From the NCBI GenBank assembly GCA_035637535.1, contig DASPWZ010000012.1, positions 4,855 through 68,854 of the forward strand: 64,000 nt of DNA, given 5' to 3'. A program made the translations under genes and the position numbers. The DNA comes from Candidatus Dormiibacterota bacterium (GTDB lineage Archaea > Thermoproteota > Bathyarchaeia > 40CM-2-53-6). Every line of letters begins with the position of its first letter. Position 1 is the stretch's first letter. Of the stretch, positions 46,087 to 54,585 are shown one piece after another. The notes below the pieces were generated by a model that searched no databases, was not told where the DNA came from, and saw only the letters and a program-made list of their open reading frames with translations.

Positions 46087-48399
46087 GTGGGCGGACTCGC
46101 TCTACTCAAGTTTTTTAGTGTAAGTTCTGGGCTCTTCAGACCGGATCAGTTCTTGCAGCGATCTTATGAACGGTTCAGCTCAGACGTCCTTGACGCCGCT
46201 TCCGCTCCTGTACGGTTGCAGGTTCTCAAGCTCCTCGTCTCAAAGGGTCCCCTTCCATATACCGAGATAATGTACGAGGCCAAGCTCGATCCCGTACGGG
46301 ACGCCGGCAAATTCGTCTACCACCTCAAGACCTTGAGAAAGGCCGGTCTGGTTTCGATCGAAAAAGGCACGAAAAAGTACGGCGTAACAGAGCTCGGAAA
46401 GATTCTAGTCGACTTCTCCCGAGACCTAGAAGAGTACATCGCAGTAAAGCGCGGCAGACTGTTCGTCCGCACATCCCGGATGACCATCGAGGAGTTCGAC
46501 CGAACCCGAATCGCACGATCCCTCGTAAGCGAAGCGAGAATGCCTCAAACGCTTGCCGATGAAGTCGCGGCGGAAGCGGAAGAGAGACTTCTCAAGTTCG
46601 GAATCGTCTACCTCAGTGCCCCCCTGATCAGGGAACTCGTCAACATAATTCTCATCGAAAGAAAGCTCGAAGAGTATCGTCACAAACTCACCCGACTCGG
46701 ACTGCCCGTCAATGATGTAGCGTTGCTTCTTCGAGAGGCCGGCCAGAAACAGCTCGACGCGAACTGGGTACAGAAATCCGCAGGAGAAAGAGTAATCGAG
46801 GAGTATGTTCTGCTCGATAGCCTTCCTCGGGCCACAATTGATGCGCACCTCGCGGGCCAGATACACCTCGAGGACGCTGCCTCATGGATCCTGAAACCGA
46901 GCATACTCTTTCACGAAGCCAGCCTCTTCTTCCGAAGAGGGACCCCGGCCACCAACCCTCCATCATCTCTTGAAGATGCCTTGGAATCGATTCTGAAGAT
47001 CCTACGAACAGCAGAACGAGAAGTCTCCGGTGAACAGGTACTCGACCACTTCAACATTACACTCGCCCCTTTCATCAGAGGACTTCCACGCCAGCGCGTC
47101 CAAGAATCGTTCAAACGATTCCTTTACGACCTCAACTGGGACGGCTTCTCCAATACAATATCAGCCCCAGTCACAGTAGGACTAGATCATCAAATCCCGG
47201 ATCATCTCCAGAAACGAGAGGCGATGGGTCCAAACGGCAAAGGCGAAGGAGTCTACGCTGACTTTCCGAGAGAAGCCGAAGAGCTATTCACAACAGTAAT
47301 CAATGCAAGTCTAGAAATTGGTCGTCAACAGCCCATACTCAATCCGTCAATTGTAGTAAGGAATCTCAGCGGGAAGAACGAGGCTGCGGACGAACTTCTC
47401 AATTCGGCCTTCGAGAGTTCCGCTAAACACTCCGTGCCCAACTTTTTGATGATATCTTCTGAACAGAACTATTCGGTATCGTCCGAGGGGCCGATTCTTT
47501 TCGAAGACAGAGATGGGACGAAAGGGGCAGGTAGCGTTGTCGGGACAGTCCAACTTAACGTGCCCAGAGCCGCGTACGAAGCATCAGGAAAAGACGAAAG
47601 ATTCTTCCAAGGAGTCCAGTCTGGAACCATTGAAGCGGTAAAGGCTCTACAACTTAGACAGCAAGCCATCAACGAGAGAGTCTCAGAGGGAGTCTTGCCA
47701 CTCCTTGCATGGCAAGCAGACGGAGGGGCCTATTACGACTCGAGAAGGGCTCATGGAGAGATAGGTCTGTTAGGACTCGCAGAAGCGGTGAAGCACCATA
47801 CTCGTGCTGAACTCTGGGAAAAGACGAGCCTAGCCTTTGCAAAGAAGATTGTAGAATCTGCACGACGAGCGGTTAGTGAAGTCGACGCACGCGATATTCG
47901 AGTAAGAATCGGGCTTCATTCCTCTCCTCAAGCCTCAGCCCGTCTAGCCTCGATCGACGCAGAGAAGTTCGGATTTTCGACTGTTGTCTATCAGGGCTCC
48001 AAGAAATACCCGTACTATAACGACGTTCCAGGGATTCCCTTAACTCAAAAAGTACCCTTTGCGACTCGAGCATCCATTGAGGGAGAATTGCAAAGATCCT
48101 TCGACGGAGGTGCACTACTTCCGCTGATGGTCAGATCCAAGGTCGACAGTTCGGCTCTGTCGAAAGCTTCGCGAGAGCTAAGCGAGGCCGGGGTGCGATA
48201 CTTCACTTTCTCGTCCCAGTATTCGCGTTGCCAACGTTGTTACGCTATAAGCGCTGGAGTCAGGGCCAGATGCGATAACTGCGGATACGAACACTTGACA
48301 ATACTTGCAAAGCTAGGAGGAAGACTTCTTCCATTGGATTCGTGGCCCGACGCGAGGAAGAGAGACCTAGACCGCGTTATTCCCTACGATTTCTCATAG
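46087..48399 (+). CDS. wHTH + ATP-cone + NrdD-like (class III ribonucleotide-reductase-like) protein lacking barrel cysteines
   Basis: ArsR-type wHTH (aa about 30-110), ATP-cone (aa about 125-205) and NrdD-like motifs IDAHLAGQIHLED, DHFNITLAPF and GTVQLNVPRAAYEA. The C-terminus has a CQRC...CDNCG zinc ribbon followed by LAKLGGRLLPLDSW. The start may instead be the TTG at 46150. Confidence 0.7.
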   Translation: MGGLALLKFFSVSSGLFRPDQFLQRSYERFSSDVLDAASAPVRLQVLKLLVSKGPLPYTEIMYEAKLDPVRDAGKFVYHLKTLRKAGLVSIEKGTKKYGVTELGKILVDFSRDLEEYIAVKRGRLFVRTSRMTIEEFDRTRIARSLVSEARMPQTLADEVAAEAEERLLKFGIVYLSAPLIRELVNIILIERKLEEYRHKLTRLGLPVNDVALLLREAGQKQLDANWVQKSAGERVIEEYVLLDSLPRATIDAHLAGQIHLEDAASWILKPSILFHEASLFFRRGTPATNPPSSLEDALESILKILRTAEREVSGEQVLDHFNITLAPFIRGLPRQRVQESFKRFLYDLNWDGFSNTISAPVTVGLDHQIPDHLQKREAMGPNGKGEGVYADFPREAEELFTTVINASLEIGRQQPILNPSIVVRNLSGKNEAADELLNSAFESSAKHSVPNFLMISSEQNYSVSSEGPILFEDRDGTKGAGSVVGTVQLNVPRAAYEASGKDERFFQGVQSGTIEAVKALQLRQQAINERVSEGVLPLLAWQADGGAYYDSRRAHGEIGLLGLAEAVKHHTRAELWEKTSLAFAKKIVESARRAVSEVDARDIRVRIGLHSSPQASARLASIDAEKFGFSTVVYQGSKKYPYYNDVPGIPLTQKVPFATRASIEGELQRSFDGGALLPLMVRSKVDSSALSKASRELSEAGVRYFTFSSQYSRCQRCYAISAGVRARCDNCGYEHLTILAKLGGRLLPLDSWPDARKRDLDRVIPYDFS

Positions 48400-48469
48400 C
48401 TCTCGGACGAAATCGACGCATGATATCTGAACTCTGGTCTACATCTATTCTGTTCGAAGGAGTCAAGGG

Positions 48470-49768
48470 TTGACTCTCGCCCAGAGCATAACTCTGAGCA
48501 ATCTCGAGCTGACGCGTTTTTTCATCGCCCTGGTGCTTCTTCTCTTCTCAGCTTATGCCGGCTCCTTTCTTTTCGATAAGCTCAAGCTCCCACGGGTCAT
48601 TGGGGAAATCTTTGGAGGACTCTTATTGGGTCCAACTGTATTCGGCTACCTTTTTCCCCGCAGCGAGAACTGGATATTCTCCGCTTACCCTTCCGAAGGC
48701 CAACTCCTCTCCTTAGTATCTTGGCTTGGACTAATCCTTTTGATGTTCATCTCGGGAGTCGAGATTCATGGAACATTCAATCGAGAGGACAAGCGTACCG
48801 TTGTAGCATTTCTTCTCGGAGCGACAATTCTTCCGTTCCTGATCGGAGTCGGAGTCTCTAGAGTGTACGATTTCAGCCCCTACGCTGGTCCCAACAGCAA
48901 CCCACTCTCACTATCGATAATCATAGGAATCGCTGTAGCAGTCACATCAATACCAGTAATCTCGAAAATCTTCCTCGATCTCAGGATAATGGGCACTCGC
49001 TACGCTAGAATCGTGCTTGCAATCGCGACCGTTGAAGACAGCATCCTCTACGCAGGACTTGCCATAGCTACTGGCGTGGCCGGAGCCTCCGCCCCCTCCA
49101 CATCAACAATAACCTACGCAATCGCCCTAACTGCCGTCTTCCTGGCCTCGGGGCTACTAGTTCTACCGCGGGTTCTCCGTCGGCTGAGCACATCAAGAGC
49201 GAAGCTGCTAATGGAAGCGTCTCATTCTAGATTCGCCCTCTTCCTCTGCTTTGTCTTTGTAGCGGCCGCGGCCCTGTTGAACGTCAACGTAGTGTTCGGC
49301 GCGTTCATGGCTGGCATAGCCATCGGGACCGTGCCACAAGACGTGTTCGCGAAGGCTACTGGAAGCATCAAGAAAATCTCCCTTGCACTCTTCACGCCCG
49401 CATATTTTGCAATCGTCGGCCTCGAACTAGACCTAATTCACCAGTTCGATATTACCATCTTTCTCGGTTTCCTGCTCTTCTCTTCCGGTCTCAAGATCGC
49501 CGGGGCGCTAGGAGTTGGCAAGCTTATCAGGAAAGGCTGGTTATCCAGTGTCAATCTCGCGATCGGCTTGAACGCTAGGGGAGGGCCGGGAATAGTCCTT
49601 GCCACAATCACGTTTGGCGCCGGGCTAATCTCCGAACCCTTCTTCGTGGCTCTAGTCCTCATAGCAATAGTAACGTCACTGATGACAGGATACTGGCTGA
49701 GATATACACAAGCCAAAGGATGGCCTCTCCTAGACGAAGACAAGGCTTCCCAGCAGAGCAGGTTCTGA
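48470..49768 (+). CDS. Cation:proton antiporter (CPA2 / Na_H exchanger family)
   Basis: 12-13 TM helices. PRVIGEIFGGLLLGP N-terminal signature and GLNARGGPGIVLA near the C-terminus. Confidence 0.75.
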   Translation: MTLAQSITLSNLELTRFFIALVLLLFSAYAGSFLFDKLKLPRVIGEIFGGLLLGPTVFGYLFPRSENWIFSAYPSEGQLLSLVSWLGLILLMFISGVEIHGTFNREDKRTVVAFLLGATILPFLIGVGVSRVYDFSPYAGPNSNPLSLSIIIGIAVAVTSIPVISKIFLDLRIMGTRYARIVLAIATVEDSILYAGLAIATGVAGASAPSTSTITYAIALTAVFLASGLLVLPRVLRRLSTSRAKLLMEASHSRFALFLCFVFVAAAALLNVNVVFGAFMAGIAIGTVPQDVFAKATGSIKKISLALFTPAYFAIVGLELDLIHQFDITIFLGFLLFSSGLKIAGALGVGKLIRKGWLSSVNLAIGLNARGGPGIVLATITFGAGLISEPFFVALVLIAIVTSLMTGYWLRYTQAKGWPLLDEDKASQQSRF

Positions 49769-49813
49769 AACTATGAGTTTGTTCTTACAACCTAAGTAAT
49801 GAACATGCTAACC

Positions 49814-50743
49814 TTAGAGAGCTCCGAGAACTAGCCCCAAGAGTCCCATCCTCAGAACGACCCCGTTCCCAACCTGCTGGAAGTACTTCGCGTGGGGCGT
49901 AGAGTCGACACTGGGATCCACCTCATCAACTCGGGGCAGCGGGTGCATGACAATCGAGTTCTTCTTGGTCCTGTCTAGATCCTCTGCTACAAGTCGGTAT
50001 GATCCTTTGACTTTCTCGTACTCTTGTAGATCCGCAAACCGCTCCTTCTGCACTCGGGTCATGTAGATCACGTCCAGCTCTCGCAAGTGGTCCCTGAGGG
50101 ACGGCGTCTCGGAGACTTCGATCTTCTTCGACACTTCTTCGGCCACTTCCTTCCGCATCTGGAGAATGTCTGGAGAGATCAGAACCAGCTTCACCTTGTA
50201 CAGCGATAGAGCATATGCTAGGGAGTGCACGGTCCTACCGTATCTCAGATCGCCGATCAGTCCGATGGTCAGCCCGTCTATCATCCCCAACTCTTTCCTG
50301 ATCGTGTAAAGGTCCAAGAGCGCCTGGGTTGGGTGCTCCTCAGCCCCAGAGCCAGCGTTGATGACTGGTATGGAGGCGAATTCCGCAGCCATGCGGGCCG
50401 CTCCTTCCAAGGGATGTCTCACCACCAAAACATCAGCGTACTTCTCAGTCACCCGGACAGTATCCGCGAGGTTCTCGCCTTTCTCTACGGACGTACCTTT
50501 TGTCTCTGCGAATCCGAGCGCTGTCCCACCTAGCCGTGTGATGGCAGACTCGAAGCTTAGACGGGTCCGAGTACTAGCCTCGTAGAACAGCGTGGCCATT
50601 ATTCTTCCGTGAAGCATGTCGGACCCCTTCTTGGCCAGCGGTTCCATCACTTCCGACATGTCTAGAATGTGATCGATCTCCTTTCGAGAAAAGTCGCGGA
50701 TTGAGACTATGTCACGCCCAGCGAACGACGGGCTTCCAGACAT
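49814..50743 (-). CDS. pyrB: Aspartate carbamoyltransferase catalytic subunit
   Basis: STRTRLSFE, HPTQALLD and HPLPRVDE motifs. I use the start at ATG 50741-50743 (MSGSPSFAGRDIVSIRDFSRKEI). The longer ORF to 51214 has a non-homologous extension. Confidence 0.9.
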   Translation of the reverse strand: MSGSPSFAGRDIVSIRDFSRKEIDHILDMSEVMEPLAKKGSDMLHGRIMATLFYEASTRTRLSFESAITRLGGTALGFAETKGTSVEKGENLADTVRVTEKYADVLVVRHPLEGAARMAAEFASIPVINAGSGAEEHPTQALLDLYTIRKELGMIDGLTIGLIGDLRYGRTVHSLAYALSLYKVKLVLISPDILQMRKEVAEEVSKKIEVSETPSLRDHLRELDVIYMTRVQKERFADLQEYEKVKGSYRLVAEDLDRTKKNSIVMHPLPRVDEVDPSVDSTPHAKYFQQVGNGVVLRMGLLGLVLGAL

Positions 50744-50789
50744 GGCTTCTAGCGACCCGTTTCTAAGAAGAAGCATTCTATAACTCTGT

Positions 50790-51170
50790 TTGGGAAACAG
50801 GGATGGTGAGCCTTTGCGACTCGTCGCAGCCACTTCAGACCTGTTCCTCCGTTCACGAATAGCGGAGCTTGCGAAACAAACCGGAGCGGACCCTTCCTTC
50901 GGAACGGGACCAGACGAGCTGAGACGATTAGTTGCGGAGAACAAACCTGAACTGGTCATTCTCGACCTCTCATCTACGGAATACGATCCATTCTCCATCG
51001 CAAAGGAGTTGAAGACGACGTTCAACTCTCGACTATTCGGCTTGTATCCACACGTGCGGACCGAACTGAAGAAACGAGCTGATGAAATGGGGTTCGAATA
51101 TGTTGTACCGAACTCTAACTTCCTCGCTAGCCTGAGGCGGGTACTGTTAGAGCGGGTTGAGGATGATTGA
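50790..51170 (+). CDS. Receiver (CheY)-like domain protein, probably a pseudo-receiver
   Basis: The beta-alpha pattern has PELVILDLS (Asp at the acceptor position) but lacks the N-terminal DD pair and the KP lysine (reads VVPN). Divergent from pyrB. Confidence 0.45.
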   Translation: MGNRDGEPLRLVAATSDLFLRSRIAELAKQTGADPSFGTGPDELRRLVAENKPELVILDLSSTEYDPFSIAKELKTTFNSRLFGLYPHVRTELKKRADEMGFEYVVPNSNFLASLRRVLLERVEDD

Positions 51171-51640
51171 GCTGGATCATCAAGGACCTTTGGAAGAATC
51201 TCGAACTTCGGCAATCAGAGTATGAGACTCTATTGGATCGTGACGATAGAATTGTGGCCTTTGAAGTCATCAACCGGATAGCTTCTGATGTCGGGACTAA
51301 ATGGGGCGTGTTCTTACAGTTGAATTTCCCGCCGGGACAATCCAGCTTCAGCTCGTCTAACTTAGGCCGTAGAAATCTGACGATGCTAGTATTTCGTGAT
51401 AGAAAGAAGTTCACGGATGTTTCTGAGTCGGAGGTCAAGCACGCTTTCGATCCGCTCAGTCCGACCGCGGTTGACAGTGCGGGCTTTGGCTACGAAGGGT
51501 TCAGAGTGAGACTCTCAAACGGTCGGATCGACTGTCTTCCTGGTGGAGTTCATCTCTGGTGCGAGATTACTCCCAAAATTCTCGACGTTCTAGACTGGTT
51601 ATTCACGAATGCTTACGGAGTGAAGCGGTCTATGGCCTAG
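51167..51640 (+). CDS. Hypothetical protein
   Basis: 157 aa. The start overlaps the upstream stop by 4 nt. No family recognised. Confidence 0.4.
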   Translation: MSWIIKDLWKNLELRQSEYETLLDRDDRIVAFEVINRIASDVGTKWGVFLQLNFPPGQSSFSSSNLGRRNLTMLVFRDRKKFTDVSESEVKHAFDPLSPTAVDSAGFGYEGFRVRLSNGRIDCLPGGVHLWCEITPKILDVLDWLFTNAYGVKRSMA

Positions 51641-52029
51641 GCAAGGGGCACGAGCCTCTTTCCGAGCCTTCTCTCAATCTCCATCTTGGCCCGTTTCAAC
51701 TGTCGGGCTCTCTTCAGCAATTCGACAAGGTAGTCCAGGTCAACTACTGGTCTGAGAGATGGGTACTCCCATGGGGTTTTGTTGATCTCGTCGGGATAAA
51801 TCATGTAGCCCGTAGGATAGTGGGTAACAAGTATGCCTGTAGGGTCTGCCTCCAGGACCTTCGAGAACTCTCGGAGAGTGTAGCCTGCCTTCTTCAGCAT
51901 CTCGAGTGTCTTGTCTAGTTCGTCGCAGGCCCTTTCAAGCTCCGCGTATAGCTCGCCTCTATCACCATCATTGGGCACTGCGATAATCTCCCAACCGCTT
52001 ACACAGGGGCAAGGGCTTCTCGCGGGCAT
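51637..52029 (-). CDS. Hypothetical protein
   Basis: 130 aa, ATG start, convergent with 51167-51640 with a 4-nt overlap. No family recognised. Confidence 0.4.
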   Translation of the reverse strand: MPARSPCPCVSGWEIIAVPNDGDRGELYAELERACDELDKTLEMLKKAGYTLREFSKVLEADPTGILVTHYPTGYMIYPDEINKTPWEYPSLRPVVDLDYLVELLKRARQLKRAKMEIERRLGKRLVPLA

Positions 52030-52219
52030 AAGCGTTCTATAACCGGGATAGACAGACCCGCGAAACAGGGCATCGAAAAAACATCTATGAGAACGATAAG
52101 AATACAGCTAGTCCACATTAGACCCATGTGGAATCTTCACAAAGCTTTCTCTCCACCTAGGACTTCTTCTCACTAGCCTAACAATGGCACCATCCCAAGT
52201 CCCGACGCATTTACTCAAG

Positions 52220-52825
52220 CTATTGGAGAAGGACAAACAGTTCGATATTCTTGCGTTTCTTGACCTCCTCCATTGCGGCTATTCTTTCGTTTTGAAACTG
52301 GGTCAAGGTTGGACTTGTCAGTCTTGCTCTAACTGCCCTTTCATAGGCTGCCATGTTGTTCTCAAGGTTACGCGTGTATTCTCGTAGACGCTCTAGATCT
52401 CCTTCAAGGATTCTGACTCTTTCCTCTGCCGGTCTTGATTGAAGGTAGACGAGCTTTTCTCTCCAATTATGATCATCTTTTGACCATATTTTTTCGACAT
52501 AAGGTTCGACCCTCATCCGAGACATTGCACCCTCCAAATTCGGTCCGTAGACTATGTCGACGTTCTCTCTGTTCGATTTCAGCCTACCGTTCATCTGTTG
52601 TTCTAACGATGTCCCATGACCTTCGATTGCTCTGACAGTCAGCTCAAGTTGCTCCGGAGTAAGGTCTTCGTGAACCATCATGAGATCTAGGTCACCAGGT
52701 TCTTCCTTGTCCCGACTGAAACTTCCGAAAATATAAATCTCCTTTACATCGAGAGGAAGGTCCTCTGCGTTTTCGATAGTATCGATTATCTGTTGAAGCC
52801 TGGTAACGATAACCTCACGCTTCAA
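52220..52825 (-). CDS. Pol-beta-superfamily nucleotidyltransferase domain protein with C-terminal coiled coil
   Basis: IYIFGSFSRDKEEPGDLDLMMV (GS...DxD minimal NTase signature). The C-terminal about 70 aa are heptad-like. Confidence 0.6.
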   Translation of the reverse strand: MKREVIVTRLQQIIDTIENAEDLPLDVKEIYIFGSFSRDKEEPGDLDLMMVHEDLTPEQLELTVRAIEGHGTSLEQQMNGRLKSNRENVDIVYGPNLEGAMSRMRVEPYVEKIWSKDDHNWREKLVYLQSRPAEERVRILEGDLERLREYTRNLENNMAAYERAVRARLTSPTLTQFQNERIAAMEEVKKRKNIELFVLLQ

Positions 52826-53163
52826 TTAACCTCTCATTACGGAGCATGAGCCAGTATTTGACGTGTGGCTTGCCTAGTGAGCTTCTACTCCGAACTATAC
52901 CATCCGTTCTCTTCAAAGATGCTATTCCGTAAACGAGTCCAGAGGATGAACCACCTGAGGATTAGGCCATGAACGTAATCGATCCTAATCCGGTTCAGCG
53001 TTGCCTTTCTCAATCGTCAGCGTATAGTTAGTCTTGCCGGGGAACTCGCTCATCAAAAAGAGTCTGGTTCTCTGCGACCCGGAACGAATCCCTCGCCGGT
53101 AGAACCACGAGCCAATGCGAAAACGAAGATGTCGATGGGCTGAAGATCAAAAGAAAAGACCTC

Positions 53164-53385
53164 TTGGGACTAGTTCTGTTCTTTATCGGGATTGCAACCA
53201 TTCCTGAAACAGTGTGGAAGAGAGATTCCGTTGAAGGGGGAGTTATCGCCGTCACATTGATCATTTTGGGCCTAAGAATCATGTTCGCGAGGAGTGAGAC
53301 CGAGGCGGGTTGGATATCCGGTCACGTTCTCGATAGATTCACGAGAACAAATCTGCCCGATCATGAAGAAACAAGAAGGCACTAG
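53164..53385 (+). CDS. Possible small 2-TM membrane protein
   Basis: TTG start and two hydrophobic helices (GLVLFFIGIATIP, GVIAVTLIILGLRIMF). Overlaps an equally weak minus-strand ORF. Confidence 0.25.
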   Translation: MGLVLFFIGIATIPETVWKRDSVEGGVIAVTLIILGLRIMFARSETEAGWISGHVLDRFTRTNLPDHEETRRH

Positions 53386-53792
53386 AAACGTTGAATCCCA
53401 CGAAGGGACTAGCTCGGAGATGCTGGACGGGCGCAGTATGAACAGAACTTTGCATCTACCTGAAGCGGGTGCCCGCAGCTGGAAACAGAATCTGATGTCT
53501 CCGGACGCAGGGGATCGAGACTCGGTGATGTCAACTGATGGTCCTCGAAGAAATGTCTGATGAAAGATGATCGCCACCAGCATCGAATGGCACCCACGAG
53601 GCAGAGGCAGAATCCTATTTGGAATCCCCAGTTGACTGCCGCTCCAGTTGTAAACGCTGATCCAACAGGTGCTGAGATACATGTTGCCGAACCCGAACCG
53701 CGATATAGATTGGAAAGTGTGGTTTGAAACTGTTGTGAAGTTTTGACGCGGGGGGTGGGTGACGACTCTAAAGGAACGGCACCTAAATATGC

Positions 53793-54239
53793 TTGGGAAA
53801 TGCTGCAAAGATCATTCTGATCCGGGCTTCAATTGATTACAGCTTGAGATTCATGGCAAATTCCAACAATTCGTTGCTCGGGCTACGAGTGCAAATAGCG
53901 ATAGAGGAAGACGGGACCCCTACCCCTCCCGGGTTGCCTTCTGGGACGGTATTGAGAAGTCTCACAGGTACGGATCGGGTGACTTACTACGTTGTTCATC
54001 TAGAAAGGCCTGTGACATGCTTGTGTGCGGAAACAGGCCAACAATGGGTTCTAAACGACCTAGTCATTGCTCCGAGCTTCAAGGGCGAATTCTTGGAGAA
54101 GATACGCAAGTCGAAGGATTCCTTCCCAATTGCGATCGCTAATACTCTGTTTCCCTTAGAGCCTGACGACCCCATGCTGGACTTTTCAAAAGTGTCCTAC
54201 TTCGCGCTAGGAACCATAAGGAGATCGAAGGACACCTGA
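53793..54239 (+). CDS. Hypothetical protein
   Basis: The 148-aa ORF has protein-like composition from about MANSNN (ATG 53853). No family recognised. Confidence 0.4.
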   Translation: MGNAAKIILIRASIDYSLRFMANSNNSLLGLRVQIAIEEDGTPTPPGLPSGTVLRSLTGTDRVTYYVVHLERPVTCLCAETGQQWVLNDLVIAPSFKGEFLEKIRKSKDSFPIAIANTLFPLEPDDPMLDFSKVSYFALGTIRRSKDT

Positions 54240-54560
54240 CGGAGCTGGCGACAGGTACGAGGAGTTAGATGCCTGGTAGTCCCTGCAAACTGCCTTGGAA
54301 TCGCCTTAGAATCGAGAGCCTGTCCATGGTCATGCTAATCCTCATTGGTCCTTGATGAGAGGCCAGCCGTCCAGCCTAACATCTTCCCGTAAAATCTCAT
54401 TCGATCTAGAATTCCAGAATATTTTGAAATCGCGCGCTCCTCGCGCGACAGACTCGGCGGAAACGTGGCCGCTCGTTATCTTTCTCCTTTCTGCTATCTC
54501 TCGATTTTTGCTATCTTTTCTTTTTCTACTAACTATTTCTCGACCCCCCCAGGGATTGTC

Positions 54561-54571
54561 AAAACAAAAAA
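54561..54571 (-). terminator. Oligo-T tract downstream of the PolD small-subunit gene
   Basis: The minus strand reads TTTTTTGTTTT starting 15 nt after the TAG stop (54586-54588). Archaeal terminators are typically T-runs. Confidence 0.4.
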
Positions 54572-54585
54572 CTCCTTCACACTTT

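Noticed and set aside
49814-51214. The long ORF gives PyrB a 157-aa N-terminal extension.
   Set aside because: The extension is Ser/Arg-rich and not ATCase-like, and it overlaps a better plus-strand ORF. The ATG at 50741-50743 gives a canonical ATCase N-terminus.
53272-53808. A 178-aa minus-strand ORF and several overlapping ORFs lie in the 52.8-53.8 kb region.
   Set aside because: Their composition is unnatural (Cys/Arg/Ser/Phe-rich), they are mutually exclusive overlaps, and there is no start context. The region is reported as a poorly coding stretch instead.
54430-54448. A perfect 7-bp GC hairpin (TCGCGCG-ctcct-CGCGCGA) lies between convergent genes.
   Set aside because: Archaeal termination relies on T-tracts rather than hairpins, and a single short palindrome is expected by chance. 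The adjacent oligo-T tract is reported as the terminator candidate.
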